Assembly (NCBI RefSeq): GCF_963921235.1
Contig: NC_086097.1
Span: 6,758,001-6,822,000 of the forward strand
Direction of reading: 5' to 3'
Length of the DNA stretch: 64,000 bases
Source: Mobula hypostoma
Lineage: Eukaryota
How positions within the stretch are numbered: position 1 is the stretch's first letter; each line of letters starts with the position of its first letter. The position numbers and the translations under genes are program-made. A model generated the notes under the pieces. That model ran no database searches. It saw nothing but the letters and a program-made list of their open reading frames with translations, and was not told the DNA's origin. Positions 37,509-49,255 of the stretch are shown piece by piece.

Positions 37509-37800
37509 AACTGAAGGAAGAGTGAGTAAGGGATTTGAAAGCTGGAGGGGGAGGGGGAGATGCAAAATGATAGGAGAAGACAGGAGGGGGAGGGATGGAG
37601 CCGAGAGCTGGACAGGTGATAGGCAGAAGGGGATACGAGAGGATCATGGGACAGGAGGTCCGGGAAGAAAGACGGGGGGGGGTGACCCAGAGGATGGGCA
37701 AGAGGTATATTCAGAGGGACAGAGGGAGAAAAAGGAGAGTGAGAGAAAGAATGTGTGCATTAAAAAGAGTAACAGATGGGGTACGAGGGGGAGGTGGGGC

Positions 37801-39270
37801 CTAGCGGAAGTTAGAGAAGTCAATGTTCATGCCATCAGGTTGGAGGCTACCCAGGCGGAATATAAGGTGTTGTTCCTCCAACCTGAGTGTGGCTTCATCT
37901 TTACAGTAGAGGAGGCCGTGGATAGACATGTCAGAATGGGAATGGGATGTGGAATTAAAATGTGTGGCCACTGGGAGATCCTGCTTTCTCTGGCGGACAG
38001 AGCGTAGATGTTCAGCAAAGCGGTCTCCCAGTCTGCGTCGGGTCTCACCAATATATAAAAGGCCACATCGGGATCACCGGACACGGTATATCACCCCAGT
38101 CGACTCACAGGTGAAGTGATGCTTCACCTGGAAGGACTGTTTGGGGCCCTGAATGGCGGTAAGGGAGGAAGTGTAAGGGCATGTGTAGCACTTGTTCCGC
38201 TTACACGGATAAGTGCCAGGAGGGAGATCAGTGGGGAGGGATGGGGGGGACGAATGGACAAGGGAGTTGTGTAGGGAGCGATCCCTGCAGAATGCAGAGA
38301 GAGGCGGGGAGGGAAAGATATGCTTAGTGGTGGGATCCCATTGGAGGTGGCGGAAGTTACGGAGAATAATACGTTGGACCCGGAGGCTGGTGGGGTGGTA
38401 GGTGAGGACCAGGGGAACCCTATTCCTAGTGGGGTGGTGGGAGGATGGAGTGAGAGCAGATGTACGTGAAATGGGGGAGATGCGTTTAAGAGCAGAGTTG
38501 ATAGTGGAGGAAGGGAAGCCCCTTTCTTTAAAAAATGAAGACATCTCCCTCGTCCTAGAATGAAAAGCCTCATCCTGAGAGCAGATGCGGCGGAGATGGA
38601 GGAATTGCGAGAAGGGGATGGCGTTTTTGCAAGAGACAGGGTGAGAAGAGGAATAGTCCAGATAGTTGTGAGAGTCAGTAGGCTTATAGTAGACATCAGT
38701 GGATAAGCTGTCTCCAGAGACAGAGACAGAAAGATCTAGAAAGGGGAGGGAGGTGTCAGAAATGGACCAGGTAAACTTGAGGGCAGGGTGAAAGTTGGAG
38801 GCAAAGTTAATAAAGTTAACGAGTTCTGCATGCGTGCAGGAAGCAGCGCCAATGCCGTCGTCGATGTAGCGAAGGAAAAGTGGGGGACAGATACCAGAAT
38901 AGGCATGGAACATAGATTGTTCCACAAACCCAACAAAAAGGCAGGCATAGCTAGGACCCATACGGGTGCCCATAGCTACACCTTTAGTTTGGAGGAAATG
39001 GGAGGAGCAAAAGGAGAAATTATTAAGAGTAAGGACTAATTCTGCTAGACGGAGCAGAGTGGTGGTAGAGGGGAACTGATTAGGTCTGGAATCCAAAAAG
39101 AAGCGTAGAGCTTTGAGACCTTCCTGATGGGGGATAGAAGTATATAGGGACTGGACATCCAAGGTGAAAATAAAGCGGTGGGGGCCAGGGAACTTAAAAT
39201 CATCGAAAAGTTTAAGAGCGTGAGAAGTGTCACGAACATAGGTCGGAAGGGATTGAACAAGGGGTGATAA
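37801..39270 (-). pseudogene. PLE reverse transcriptase + GIY-YIG endonuclease, 5'-truncated, one in-frame stop
   Basis: LDVQSLYTSIP, QTKGVAMG, RYIDD, PFLD, YYKPT; linker CKRNKCYTC; GVIY..*SRC.LLYIGET.RRL..RF.EH. In frame across the TGA at 38074-38076 to the TAG at 37801. Confidence 0.92.
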
Positions 39271-39435
39271 AATTATCACCCCTTGTTCAATCCCTTCCGA
39301 CCTATGTTCGTGACACTTCTCACGCTCTTAAACTTTTCGATGATTTTAAGTTCCCTGGCCCCCACCGCTTTATTTTCACCTTGGATGTCCAGTCCCTATA
39401 TACTTCCATCCCCCATCTGGAAGGTCTCAAAGCTC
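39108..39435. repeat. Near-perfect palindrome: 163-bp arms, 2-nt spacer
   Basis: 39108-39270 is the reverse complement of 39273-39435, with 2 mismatches by my count. Confidence 0.95.
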
Positions 39436-39678
39436 ATTCTTTTTCTCTCTCTCTTTTCTCTCCCTCTGTCCCTCTCACTATACCCCTTGCTCATCCTCTG
39501 TGTTCCCCCTCCCCTTCTTTCTCCCTGGGCCTCCTGTCCCATGATCCTCTCATATCCCTTTTGCCTATCACCTGTCCAGCTCTTAGCTCCATCCCTCCCC
39601 CTCCTGTCTTCTCCTATCATTTTGGATCTCCCCCTCCCCCTCCCGCTTTCAAATCTCTTACTAGCTCTTCTTTCAGTT

Positions 39679-39714
39679 AGTCCTGACGAAGGGTCTCAGC
39701 CCGAAACATCGACT
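39679..39714 (+). ncRNA. Minimal type I hammerhead ribozyme motif
   Basis: agtc-CTGACGA-a-gggtctcagccc-GAAAC-ATC-gact; stem I agtc/gact. Confidence 0.7.
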
Positions 39715-40656
39715 GTACTTCTTCCTATAGATGCTACCTGGCTTACTGCATTCACCAGTAACTTTTATGTGTGTTGACTAAAATTTCTGCTTTTGTTTTC
39801 TGTTTTCAAAATTTCCAATTCAAATTGATGTTGGTTCTTGCCGCAAATCTGCTTGGTCCAGCTCTTTTTCTGTATTTTAAGGAAACGTGATCCTCCTACA
39901 GAAGTTCTCAGCTGGTCCACAAGGTGGCACACCTCTTACAGAAAGCGTGTGAAACGGAACCGACTTTTTCGCAGGCTGTCCCATTTTAAATGGATAATAT
40001 CGGAAATGGCTGGGCAAATAGTTGTACTTAGATAAGTAAAACGGCAGAAAAAGGAGGATTGTTGCTTTGTGCTTTGCTTTCATCATTTATTTAGAGATAC
40101 AGCATGGAACAGTTCCTTCCGGCCCAATGAGCCACCCCACCAGCAACTCACCTATGAACCCTAGCCTAATCAGAGGACAATTTACAATGACCAAGTAATC
40201 TACACAGCAGAACATCTTTGGACTGTGGGAGGAAACCGGAGCACTTACAATGCCTTTGAGAAGATGTAGCTCAAAAGATGGAAGCGGGGATATAATTCAT
40301 TTTCAAAACTATTTAACAGAACCCTTTCAACATGTTGGCATTCAGGCTAATTATTGTTTTATGCTACTGCTTGAATTGAATAAGCATCTACAACACATCA
40401 GCATCACCCAGGATGTGCCCTTTTCTCAATGATTATAATGGCTGAGAATTTGGGGCAGGCAGAAATAAAATTTGTTATATATTTCTGCAACCATGCTCCC
40501 CAGCCATTTAATCTCAGCCTTGAAACATTAAAGTCAGCACTTAATTTGCATCCCATTAACATCTGTCCTTAGAGTGTGCACATTTCTGTTCCATGATCTA
40601 ATTAGAATACGGGGTCAGAAGCAGAATCACGTTTAATATCGCCAGCATTGTTTGTC

Positions 40657-41945
40657 AATGATCTGGATAATGGAATTGATGGCTTTGTGGCAAAGTTTAC
40701 AGATGATGCAAAGACAGGAGGAAGGGGTAGGTAGTGCTGAGGGACTTGCAGCAGGACTTAGACAAATTGGAAGAATAGGTAAAAAAGTGACAGATGGAAT
40801 ACAGTGTTGGGAAATGCATGATGATGCATTTTGGTAAAAGGAACAATTGTGCAGACTATTATCTAAATGGGGAGAAGGTTCAAATATCGGAGGTGCAGGG
40901 GGACTTAGGAATCTTCGTGCAAGACTCCCAGAAGGTTAATTTACAGGTTGAGTCTGTGGTAAAGGAGGCAAATATAATGTTGGTTTATATTTCAAGGGGA
41001 ATAGTATGTAAAAGCAAGGCGATAATGCAGAGCCTTTATAAGACACCAGTCAGTCATACTTGGAGTACTGTCAACAGTTTTGGGCCCCATGTCTCAGAAA
41101 GGATGTGTTCTCATTGGAGAGAGTCCATAGAAGGTTCATGAGGATGATTCTGGGAATGAAGAGGTTAACATATGAGGAGCGTTTGGCAGCTTTGGGCCTT
41201 TTCTCCGATGAAGATAGCGGTGCGACGCAGCGCGCAGCGGCCACTCAGGTGATGAATATCTGTTATTTGTTAAGTAAGATGCCGTGCACAATCCTGATTT
41301 CACAGAGACAAATGTGAGAAGCACGGAGGAACATCTGATGAAACTTCTGAAATGCCTGTTTCGCTGCTGCTGTTACTGAGCGATCCAGAATCTCTGGAGG
41401 GGAAGGCCCCGAATCCTCAGCTTTGCCTGTTGCTTGGCAGCCGGGGCCGAGGTCAAAGCGCTAGGCAGAGATGGTGTTCGGTGCTCAGTGTCGGAGGCTT
41501 GAAGTTTTCAGACGGACTCAGAGTCAGCTGTGGTCGGGTGCTTCCAGGTTGCTGCATCGGCGGTGCTGGAGGTTCATGGTAGGGAGAGTTTTCTTCCTTC
41601 TACCATCTGCGTGAGATGATGGGGCTATTGGGACTATGAGACTTTTTTTTACCTTGCCCGTGGTCTGCTCTTTATTAAATTACGGTATTGCTTTGCACTG
41701 TTGTAACTATATGTTATAATTATGTGGTTTTTGTCAGTTTCAGTCTTGGTTTGTCTTGTGTTTCTGTGTTATCATTCTGGAGGAACATTGTATCATTTCT
41801 TAATGCATGCATTTCTAAATGACAATAAACGAGGACTGAGTGTCCTCATGTTCTAATCTAATCTAATCTGAGTACTTATTGGAATTTCAAAGAATGTTTG
41901 AGATCTGATTGAAACCTATCAAATGTTGAAAGGACTAGATATAGT
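40657..41945 (+). mobile_element. Decayed CR1 RT fragment, interrupted at about 41200-41870
   Basis: NDLDNGIDGFVAKFTDD...KCMMMHFG...LEYCQQFWAP. Confidence 0.82.
41203..41870 (+). mobile_element. About 670-bp non-autonomous retroposon, copy 1
   Basis: 5' aagatagcgg GC-rich head; 3' aataaa followed by (taatc)n. Colinear with 44185-44872 in the opposite orientation. Confidence 0.75.
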
Positions 41946-41954
41946 GATAGGGAG

Positions 41955-42335
41955 TGCAACACTCACAACACGCTGGAGGAACTCAGCAGGTCAGGCAGCA
42001 TCCGTGGAAAAGATCGGTCAACGTTTCCGGCCAGAACCCTTCGTCAGGACTGAAGAGGGAAGGGGCAGAGGCCCTATAAAGAAGGTGGGGGGAGGGTGGG
42101 AAGGAGAAGGCTGGTAGGTGTCAGGTGAAAAACCAGTAAAGGGAAAGATAAAGGGGTGGGGGAGAGGAGGCAGGGAGCTGATAGGCAGGAAAGGTGAGGA
42201 AAGAATAGGGGAAAACACAATGGGTAGTAGAAGGAGGTGGAACCATGAGGGAGGTGATAGGCAGCTGGGGGAGGGGGCAGAGTGACATAGGGATAGGGGA
42301 AGGGAAGGGGAGGGAATTACCAGAAGTTGGAAAAT
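41955..42335 (-). mobile_element. Penelope-like 3'UTR fragment (second subfamily) with a hammerhead-like motif at 42016-42051
   Basis: Minus strand reads cagtc-CTGACGA-a-gggttctggccg-GAAAC-GTT-gacc, with a pyrimidine-rich UTR. Confidence 0.75.
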
Positions 42336-44062
42336 AACATATGTCACTCCACTCTTTAAGAAAGGAGGAAGGCAGCAGAAATGAAATTATAGACTAATTA
42401 GCCTGACCTCAGTGGTTGGAAAGATGTTAGGGTCAATTGATAAGGATGAGGTTATGGAGTACTTTGTGACATAGGATAAGATAGGACAAAATCACCACAG
42501 GGAAAATCCTGCCTTACAAACCTTTTGGAGTTCTTTGAGGAGATTACAAGTAGGATAGATATAGGGAATGTAGTGGGATATATGTTGCATATCTGGACTT
42601 TCAGAAGGCCTTTGGCAAGGTGTCACACATGAGGCTATTTACCAAGTTAAGAACCCATGATATTAGAGTAAAATTATTAGCATGGTTAGAGCATTGGTTG
42701 ACTGGTAGGTGGCAGCGAGTGGGAATAAATGAATCATTTTCTGGTTGGCTGCCTGTGACTGTCTAGTGGTGTTCCACAGGGGACGGTATTGGGACCACTT
42801 ATTTTTATGTTGTATATCAATAATTTAGATGATGGAATAGATGGCATTGTTGTCAGGTTTGCAGATGGTATGAAGATTGGTGGAGGGGCAAGTAGTGTTA
42901 AGAAAACAGGAAGGCTGCAGAAAGAATTTGACGGTTTATGAGAATGAGCAAGAAATTGACAAGTTCATTACATCGTTGGAAAATGCATGGTAATGCACTT
43001 TGGTAGAAGAAGTAAATGTGCAGACTATTTTCTAAATTGAGGGAAAATCCAAAAATCTGAGATACAATGGAACTTGGGAGCCCTTGTGCAGAACACCCTA
43101 AAGGTTAACTTGCAGGTTGAGTCAGTGGTGAGGAAGGCAAATGGTCTAGAATATACGATCAGGAATGTGACGCAGTTGTTGAGGGTAGGCCGTTGTTGTG
43201 TTTAAGTCTTTTTTAGGTTTTTAAGGTAATTAGGTTCTTGCTTGTCCACAGCATCAAAGGTTACAGGGAGACGGCTGTGCAGCGGGGCCGAGGAGGGGAA
43301 AAAGTGATCAGCCATGATTAAATGGCGGAGCAGACTCGATGGGCCAAATGCCCTATTGCTGCTCCTATGTCTTATGGTCTTATGGTCTATCTGCAGCGAG
43401 TTGTCAAAGGCCTTCTGAAAATCCAAGTATACTCCATCAACTGATTCTCCTTTGTCTATCCTGCTTGTTATTTCTTCAGAGAATTCCAACAGATTTGTCA
43501 GGCACATTTTCCCTCGATGAAACTGTGCTGACAATAGCCTATTTTATCATGTGCCTCCAAGTACCCAGAGTCTTCATTCTTAATAATCAAATCCAACATC
43601 TTTCCAGCCACTGAGGTCAGACTAACTGGCCTATAGTTTCTTTTCTTCTGCCTCTCTCCTTTCTTGCAGAATGGGCTGACGTTTGCAATTTTCCAGTCTT
43701 CCGGAACCATACCAAAATCTACTGATTCATGAAAGATCATTACTAATGCCTCCACAATCTCTCCAGCAACCTCTTTCAGAACTCTGGGGTGTACACCACC
43801 TGGTCCAGGTGACTTATCTACATTCAGACCTTTCAGTTTCTCAAGAACTTTCTCTTTAGTTATGGTAACTTCACACACTTCATGCCCCCTGACACCTGAA
43901 ACTTGTACCACATTGCTAGTGACTTCCACCGTGAAGACTGATGCAAAATACTCATTCAGTTCATCCCCCATTACTACCTCTCCAGCATCATTTTGCAGCG
44001 GTCCAATATCCACTCTCGTTTCTCGTTTACTATTTATGCATCTGAAGAAACTTCTGGTGTCC
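42335..44062. mobile_element. Cluster of decayed CR1 fragments (+: 42335-43175, 43215-43390; -: 43397-44062)
   Basis: RT motifs NYR.ISLTSV, DFQKAF, KSPGPGGVHPRVLKE; (ttatggtc)n tail. Confidence 0.8.
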
Positions 44063-44184
44063 TCATATGTTGTACAATTTGTTGTCTGTGCAGCAGCAGT
44101 ACAATACAATACATAATGATAAAGAAAAAAGTGAGTTGCAGTAAGTACATATACTGTATAGTTAATAGTTAAATTCAATAAATA

Positions 44185-44872
44185 GATTATATTGGATTAG
44201 ATTAGATTATGTGTACACTCAGTCCTTGTTTATTGTCATTTAGAAATGCATGCATTAAAAAATGATACAACGTTCCTCCAGAATGATATCACAAGAAAAC
44301 ACAGGACAAACCAAGACTAAAACTGACAAAACCACATAATATAACATATAGTTACAACAGTGCAAAGCAATACCATAATTTGATAAAGAGCAGACCATGG
44401 GCACAGTAAAAAAAGTCTCAAGTCCTGATAGACTCATCATCTCACGCAGGTGGCAGGAGGGAGAAACTCTCCCCGCCATAAACCTCCAAGCACAGCAAAC
44501 TTGCTGATGTAGCACCATTGGAAGCACCCGACCACAGCGGACTCTGAGTCCCTCCGAAAACTTCGAGCCTCTGACCAGCCCCTCCGACACAGCCTCTCCG
44601 AGCATCATCCTCTGCCGAGCGCTTTGACCCCGCCCCAGCCACCGAGCAACAAGCAAAGCCGAGGACTCGGGGCCTTCTCCTCTGGAGATTCTGGACCACA
44701 CAGTAGCAGCAGCAGCGAAGCAGGCATTTCAGAAGTTTCACCAGATGTTCCTCCGTGCTCTCACGTCTGCCTCCATCAAATCAGGATTGTGCACGGCACT
44801 CTACTTGACAAATAACAGACATCACCACCGGACTGGCCACTGCAAGCTGCGTCACGCCGCCATCTTCTCCTC
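44185..44872 (-). mobile_element. About 670-bp non-autonomous retroposon, copy 2
   Basis: Reverse complement of 41203-41870, with an aagatggcggcg 5' end. Confidence 0.75.
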
Positions 44873-46119
44873 CTGCTGTAATAGTGGAAAAATAGAAATG
44901 AAAAAGTAGTGAGGTAGAGCTTAGGAGTTCAATGTCCATTCAGAAATCAGATGGCAGAGGGGGAGCTTTTCCTGAGTCACTGAGTGTGTGTCTTCAGGCT
45001 CCTGTACCTCCTTCCTGATGGTAGCAATGAGAACAAGGCATGTCTTGGGTGATGGGGGCCCTTAATGATGGATGTCACCTTTCTGAGGAATTGCTCCTTG
45101 AAGAAGACCCGGATACTATGGAGTGCATGACGGAGCTGACTAAGTTTACAACTCTCTGCAGCTTATTTTGATCTTGTGCAGTAGCTGTCCTATACCAGAT
45201 GGTCATGCAGCCAGTTAGAATGCTCCCTACGGTACATCGGTCGAAATTTGCGAATGTCTTTGGTGACATAACAAACCTCTTCAAACTCCTTATGAAATAT
45301 AGCCCTAATGAAATATGGTTCTGCAGAAAGTGGAATTTGGCTGAGCAGTCTTTTTGAATAAGTCACTTTACTTTCATATAGTACAAATGGTTATATACTA
45401 GTGATGTATTTGGAAACTACATAGATTCAAGGTCAGTTACATTTTTGAGATGTCTCAAAAAGCTGGTATCCATCATTAAGGATCGCCATCACCCAGGACA
45501 TACTTTCTTCTCATTGTTACCATCAGGGAGGAGGTACAGGGGCCCGAAGACTGCTGCTGTAAAACAACAAATTTCATGCCATGTGATGGTGATATTAAAC
45601 CTGATTCTGATTCTGATCCATAAATTAAACCTAATAGAGGCACTATTCTTTTGGACTGTGTTTAATTATTCATCCTTACTCATATTCATGCTTTCAATGT
45701 TAAAAGTAATGTATGTAAAAATATAATGCCACAAAAATGAAATTGTGTTCAATTAATTATAAATGCCACATTCAAAGAAATCAACAAATTTGACTCTGTA
45801 CAGGCCTGATGTGAACTGTCAAAACCACACTGATGACAACCTAATTTAAAAAAGCCTTCTGCATCAAATCATAAAAGAAGTATTGTTAACAGTCTTCAAT
45901 ATATCTTAACTTGTGCATTAGGATGTTGTTGGAAAGTTGTAATTATCTGCCTTTAATAACAGCTCTGTGTCTGTTGAAGCTGATGTGTCTTAACAATTTC
46001 CCATATGGACAATGGGCTTGATTTTGAAGGAGCGCTCTGCCTCAGACAGTTGAGGGTCGGAGGGGATGGTAGAGACCCGGCACAGATGGGAAGTGGGATC
46101 GGATGGGGGATGGGCTAGT

Positions 46120-46275
46120 AAATCTCTTACTAGCTCTTCTTTCAGCTCGTCCTGATGAAGGGTCTCGGCCCAAAACATCGACTGTACCTCTTCCTAGAGA
46201 TGCTGCCTGGCCTGCTGCGTTCACCAGCAACTTTGATGTGTGTTGCTTGAATTTCCAGCATCTGCAGAATTCCTT
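46120..46275 (+). mobile_element. Penelope-like 3' tail with a mutated hammerhead core (GAAA to AAAA)
   Basis: gtcCTGATGAagggtctcggcccAAAACATCgac at 46149-46182; colinear with 39650-39776. Confidence 0.8.
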
Positions 46276-46604
46276 GAGTTTGTGTTTTGAAGGAACTTGT
46301 TGATTTCCTTCATCTTGTGAACTTAATCAAAGGACTTTCTAAAAGCAAATTAGTAGATTTGTACAAATCAAAATGAGGACGGGGCATACAGGAAATCTGA
46401 AATTAAAAAAATATATAAATCAGACAATGTGGTCCACAGTAGTGTAGCAGTTAGCAGGAGGCAATAAAAACAGCTTGGGGTATCAGAGCTGGTAGTTCAG
46501 TTCCAGCACTGTCTGTAAGGAGTCTCTGTACACCCTATCTGTAGAATGTGTGGGTTTTCTCTGGGTCCTCGGGTTTTCTCCCAAAGTCCAAAGATGTACT
46601 GGGT

Positions 46605-46868
46605 TGTTGTACATGTAAATAATTCAGTAGTATTAGAGATATTGTAAATACATTGTTTGGTTAAGCTTTATTGCTTGTTTAAATAACTGATTATTGTATG
46701 TAAAAATATGCTATATGTAAAAATATGTGAATTGCATATGTCATAACACTACCATGTGATATGTGCGCACCTTGCTAAAAAGTAAACTCGAACGGAGACC
46801 TACATCAATCCAGACTCCTGTTTTTTATTGAAATTAATTTTTACTGTTTGAGGTTGCAAAACATGACA
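46605..46868. mobile_element. Solo LTR inserted in a SINE
   Basis: TG...CA ends, flanked by TGGGT/TGGAT (46600-46604, 46869-46873). The SINE sequence rejoins across it. Confidence 0.75.
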
Positions 46869-48064
46869 TGGATAGGTTAATTGGTCTTTCTAAGTTGTCC
46901 TGTGATTAGATTAGGGTCAATTTGGGATGGCAGGGCTCAAAGAGCCTTTTCCACACTGTATCTTGAAATAAGCAATATCTGTTGAAAGGGGAAAGAGTTA
47001 ATGTATCAGGTCGAGGACTGTTCATCAGAATGAATTGTACATTTGTTTGCTGATTCGGAAACTTGGTCACGACTGTAACATGTGAATATCCATTCCCAGC
47101 ATTCCTAGGAGATGTTTGAAAAGAAAGATGAAAATGATGTCAGCTGAAACATCTTTATTAATTATATATTTTTAAGTTAGAGATACAGCACACTAACCGG
47201 CCCTTCCAGATCAACAAGCCTGTGCTGTCCAATTACACCCATGTAACCAATCAACCTATTCATCCATACATCCTTGGAACGTGGGAGGAAATCAGGCACC
47301 GGGAGGAAATCTTCATAGTCACAGGGAGAATGTATAAATTACTTACAGACAGTGGTGGGAATTGAACCCTACTCACTGGTGTGGTAAAGCAGTGTGTTAA
47401 GTGCTACACTAATGTGCCACTCTATATGTTAAAATAAAACAGTCTATATGCCAGTGATCTTCTCAGTAGAGCAAGGGTCATTAACGGGTCCGAGTTCTTT
47501 TCCTCTTCACACTGGGGCATAGAACATAGAAGATCACAGCATCGTATAGGCCCTTCGACCCACTTTGTTGTGCCAACCTTTTAACCTACTCAAAGATCTA
47601 TCTAACCCTTTCCTCCTACGTAACCGTCTATTTTTCTATCATCCATGTGCAAATCTAAGGGTTCCTTAAATGCCCCTAATATATTTGCTTCTACCACTAC
47701 ACCTGGCAGGACATTAAAAGTTCAAAGTACAAAGTAAATTTATTATCAAAGTACATCTACATCAGCCTGTACAACTCTGAGATTTATTTTCTAGGGGGCA
47801 TTCACAGTAAATACAAAGAAGCACAATAGAATCAAAGAAAAAACACACAATAAATGCAAACAACCAGTGTGCAAAAGACAACAAATTGTGCAAATTAATA
47901 AAGAACAATAATAATAATAAATAAATATCAACAATGAGTTATAGAGTTCTTAAAAGTGAGTCAATGTACCCACCACTAACTATGTAAAATATTTACCTCT
48001 GACATCCCCCCCATACATTCCTCCAATTCGAATCACCTTAAAATTATACCCTCTTGTATTAGGA

Positions 48065-48326
48065 AAAATTACGAAAAGCTGGAATGAGAAGAGAGCTGAT
48101 ATCATCAAACAGGAAACAGCAGCTGGAACTTCTAAGGCATGTTCTGAGGAAAGAGAAGCTCAAATATTCTTCAGTGACGGGAAAAATTGATGGAAGAAAA
48201 AGTCACAGTCAACAGCGCATGACTTTTCATCAAGGATGGACAGGCAAAAGGTTTGAACTTATTAGAACTTCCCAGATTAAAGACAGATAGAAGACCACGA
48301 TCGGCCAAGGCACATAGTGATGATGA
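48065..48326 (+). mobile_element. RTE-clade LINE 3' end
   Basis: RKQQLELLRHVLRKEKL....TGKIDGRKS..QQRMTF, with a (tga)n tail. Confidence 0.7.
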
Positions 48327-48764
48327 ATTTAATCATTAATCATTAATGGTTACTAAGAAATTAACCATTTCTGCCCTGGTAAAAAGTCTCTAAATTTTTT
48401 TTGATGATTACAAAATCCATGCTACTTTTCAATCATGAGTTTCCTTTGTCAGCTAAATGTGTCATAGTGAATCTGAAGGTCCAACATGTCTGTTGGAATT
48501 ATAGAATTATCACTGGCTCAATGAACAATCAAGAAACCCACAATTCTCAGTTTGCCTTTTTATTCACCCATTAATGCTGGTGCTGATTCTGATTAAAGCT
48601 CACCTGGACTCTGAATAAGAAGTTGTCTTGAGGTGCGAAGACCGATGGTGCAGGTTTGATATACTGCCACTCCCGCATTCCGCCGTCTGGTGTACAGGAA
48701 TGTTGCGATCAGCTAGAGAATACATTAAATCTTTCCATTGCTGAAGCCGCTTGATGTAATAATG

Positions 48765-49255
48765 AGGGGGAATTTCTTTGGCCAGAGGGTGGTGAATCTG
48801 AAAGGCTTATCATATGAGGAGCGTTTGACGACCCCAGGCCTCTCCTTGCTGGAATTCAGAAGAAAGAGGAGCGACTTCCTGAAACCTATCAAATGTTGAA
48901 AGGCTCAATACAGTAGATGTGTGGAGAGGATGTTTCTTGTGGTGGGGGAGTCTAAGACCAGAGGACACAGCCTCAGAATTGAGGGACATCCATGCAGAAT
49001 GGAGATGAGGAGTAATTTCTTTAGCCAAAGGGTGGTAAATCTATGGAATTCATTGCCACAGGTGGCTGTGTAGGCCATGTCATTGAGTATATTTAAAGTG
49101 GAGGTTGATAGATTCTTGATTAGTCAGAACATAAAGGATACGAGGAGAAGGCAGGAGATTGAGGCTGAGAGGGAAATGGATCAGCCATGATGAAATGGCA
49201 GAGCAGTCTCACTGGGCTAAATGGGCTAATTCTGCTCCTATATCTTATGATCTAA
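48765..49255 (+). mobile_element. CR1 3' fragment
   Basis: LSYEERL...NFFSQRVVNLWNSLP and a 3' stem-loop. Confidence 0.82.

Larger units (their letters stand above)
37372..39776 (-). mobile_element. Penelope-like element (Neptune-like) with inverted fold-back structure
   Basis: Minus-strand RT + GIY-YIG ORF, a palindromic 5' junction at 39271/39272, an inverted 3'UTR copy at 39436-39776, and ACTAAAATTT at 37335-37344 and 39777-39786. Confidence 0.93.
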
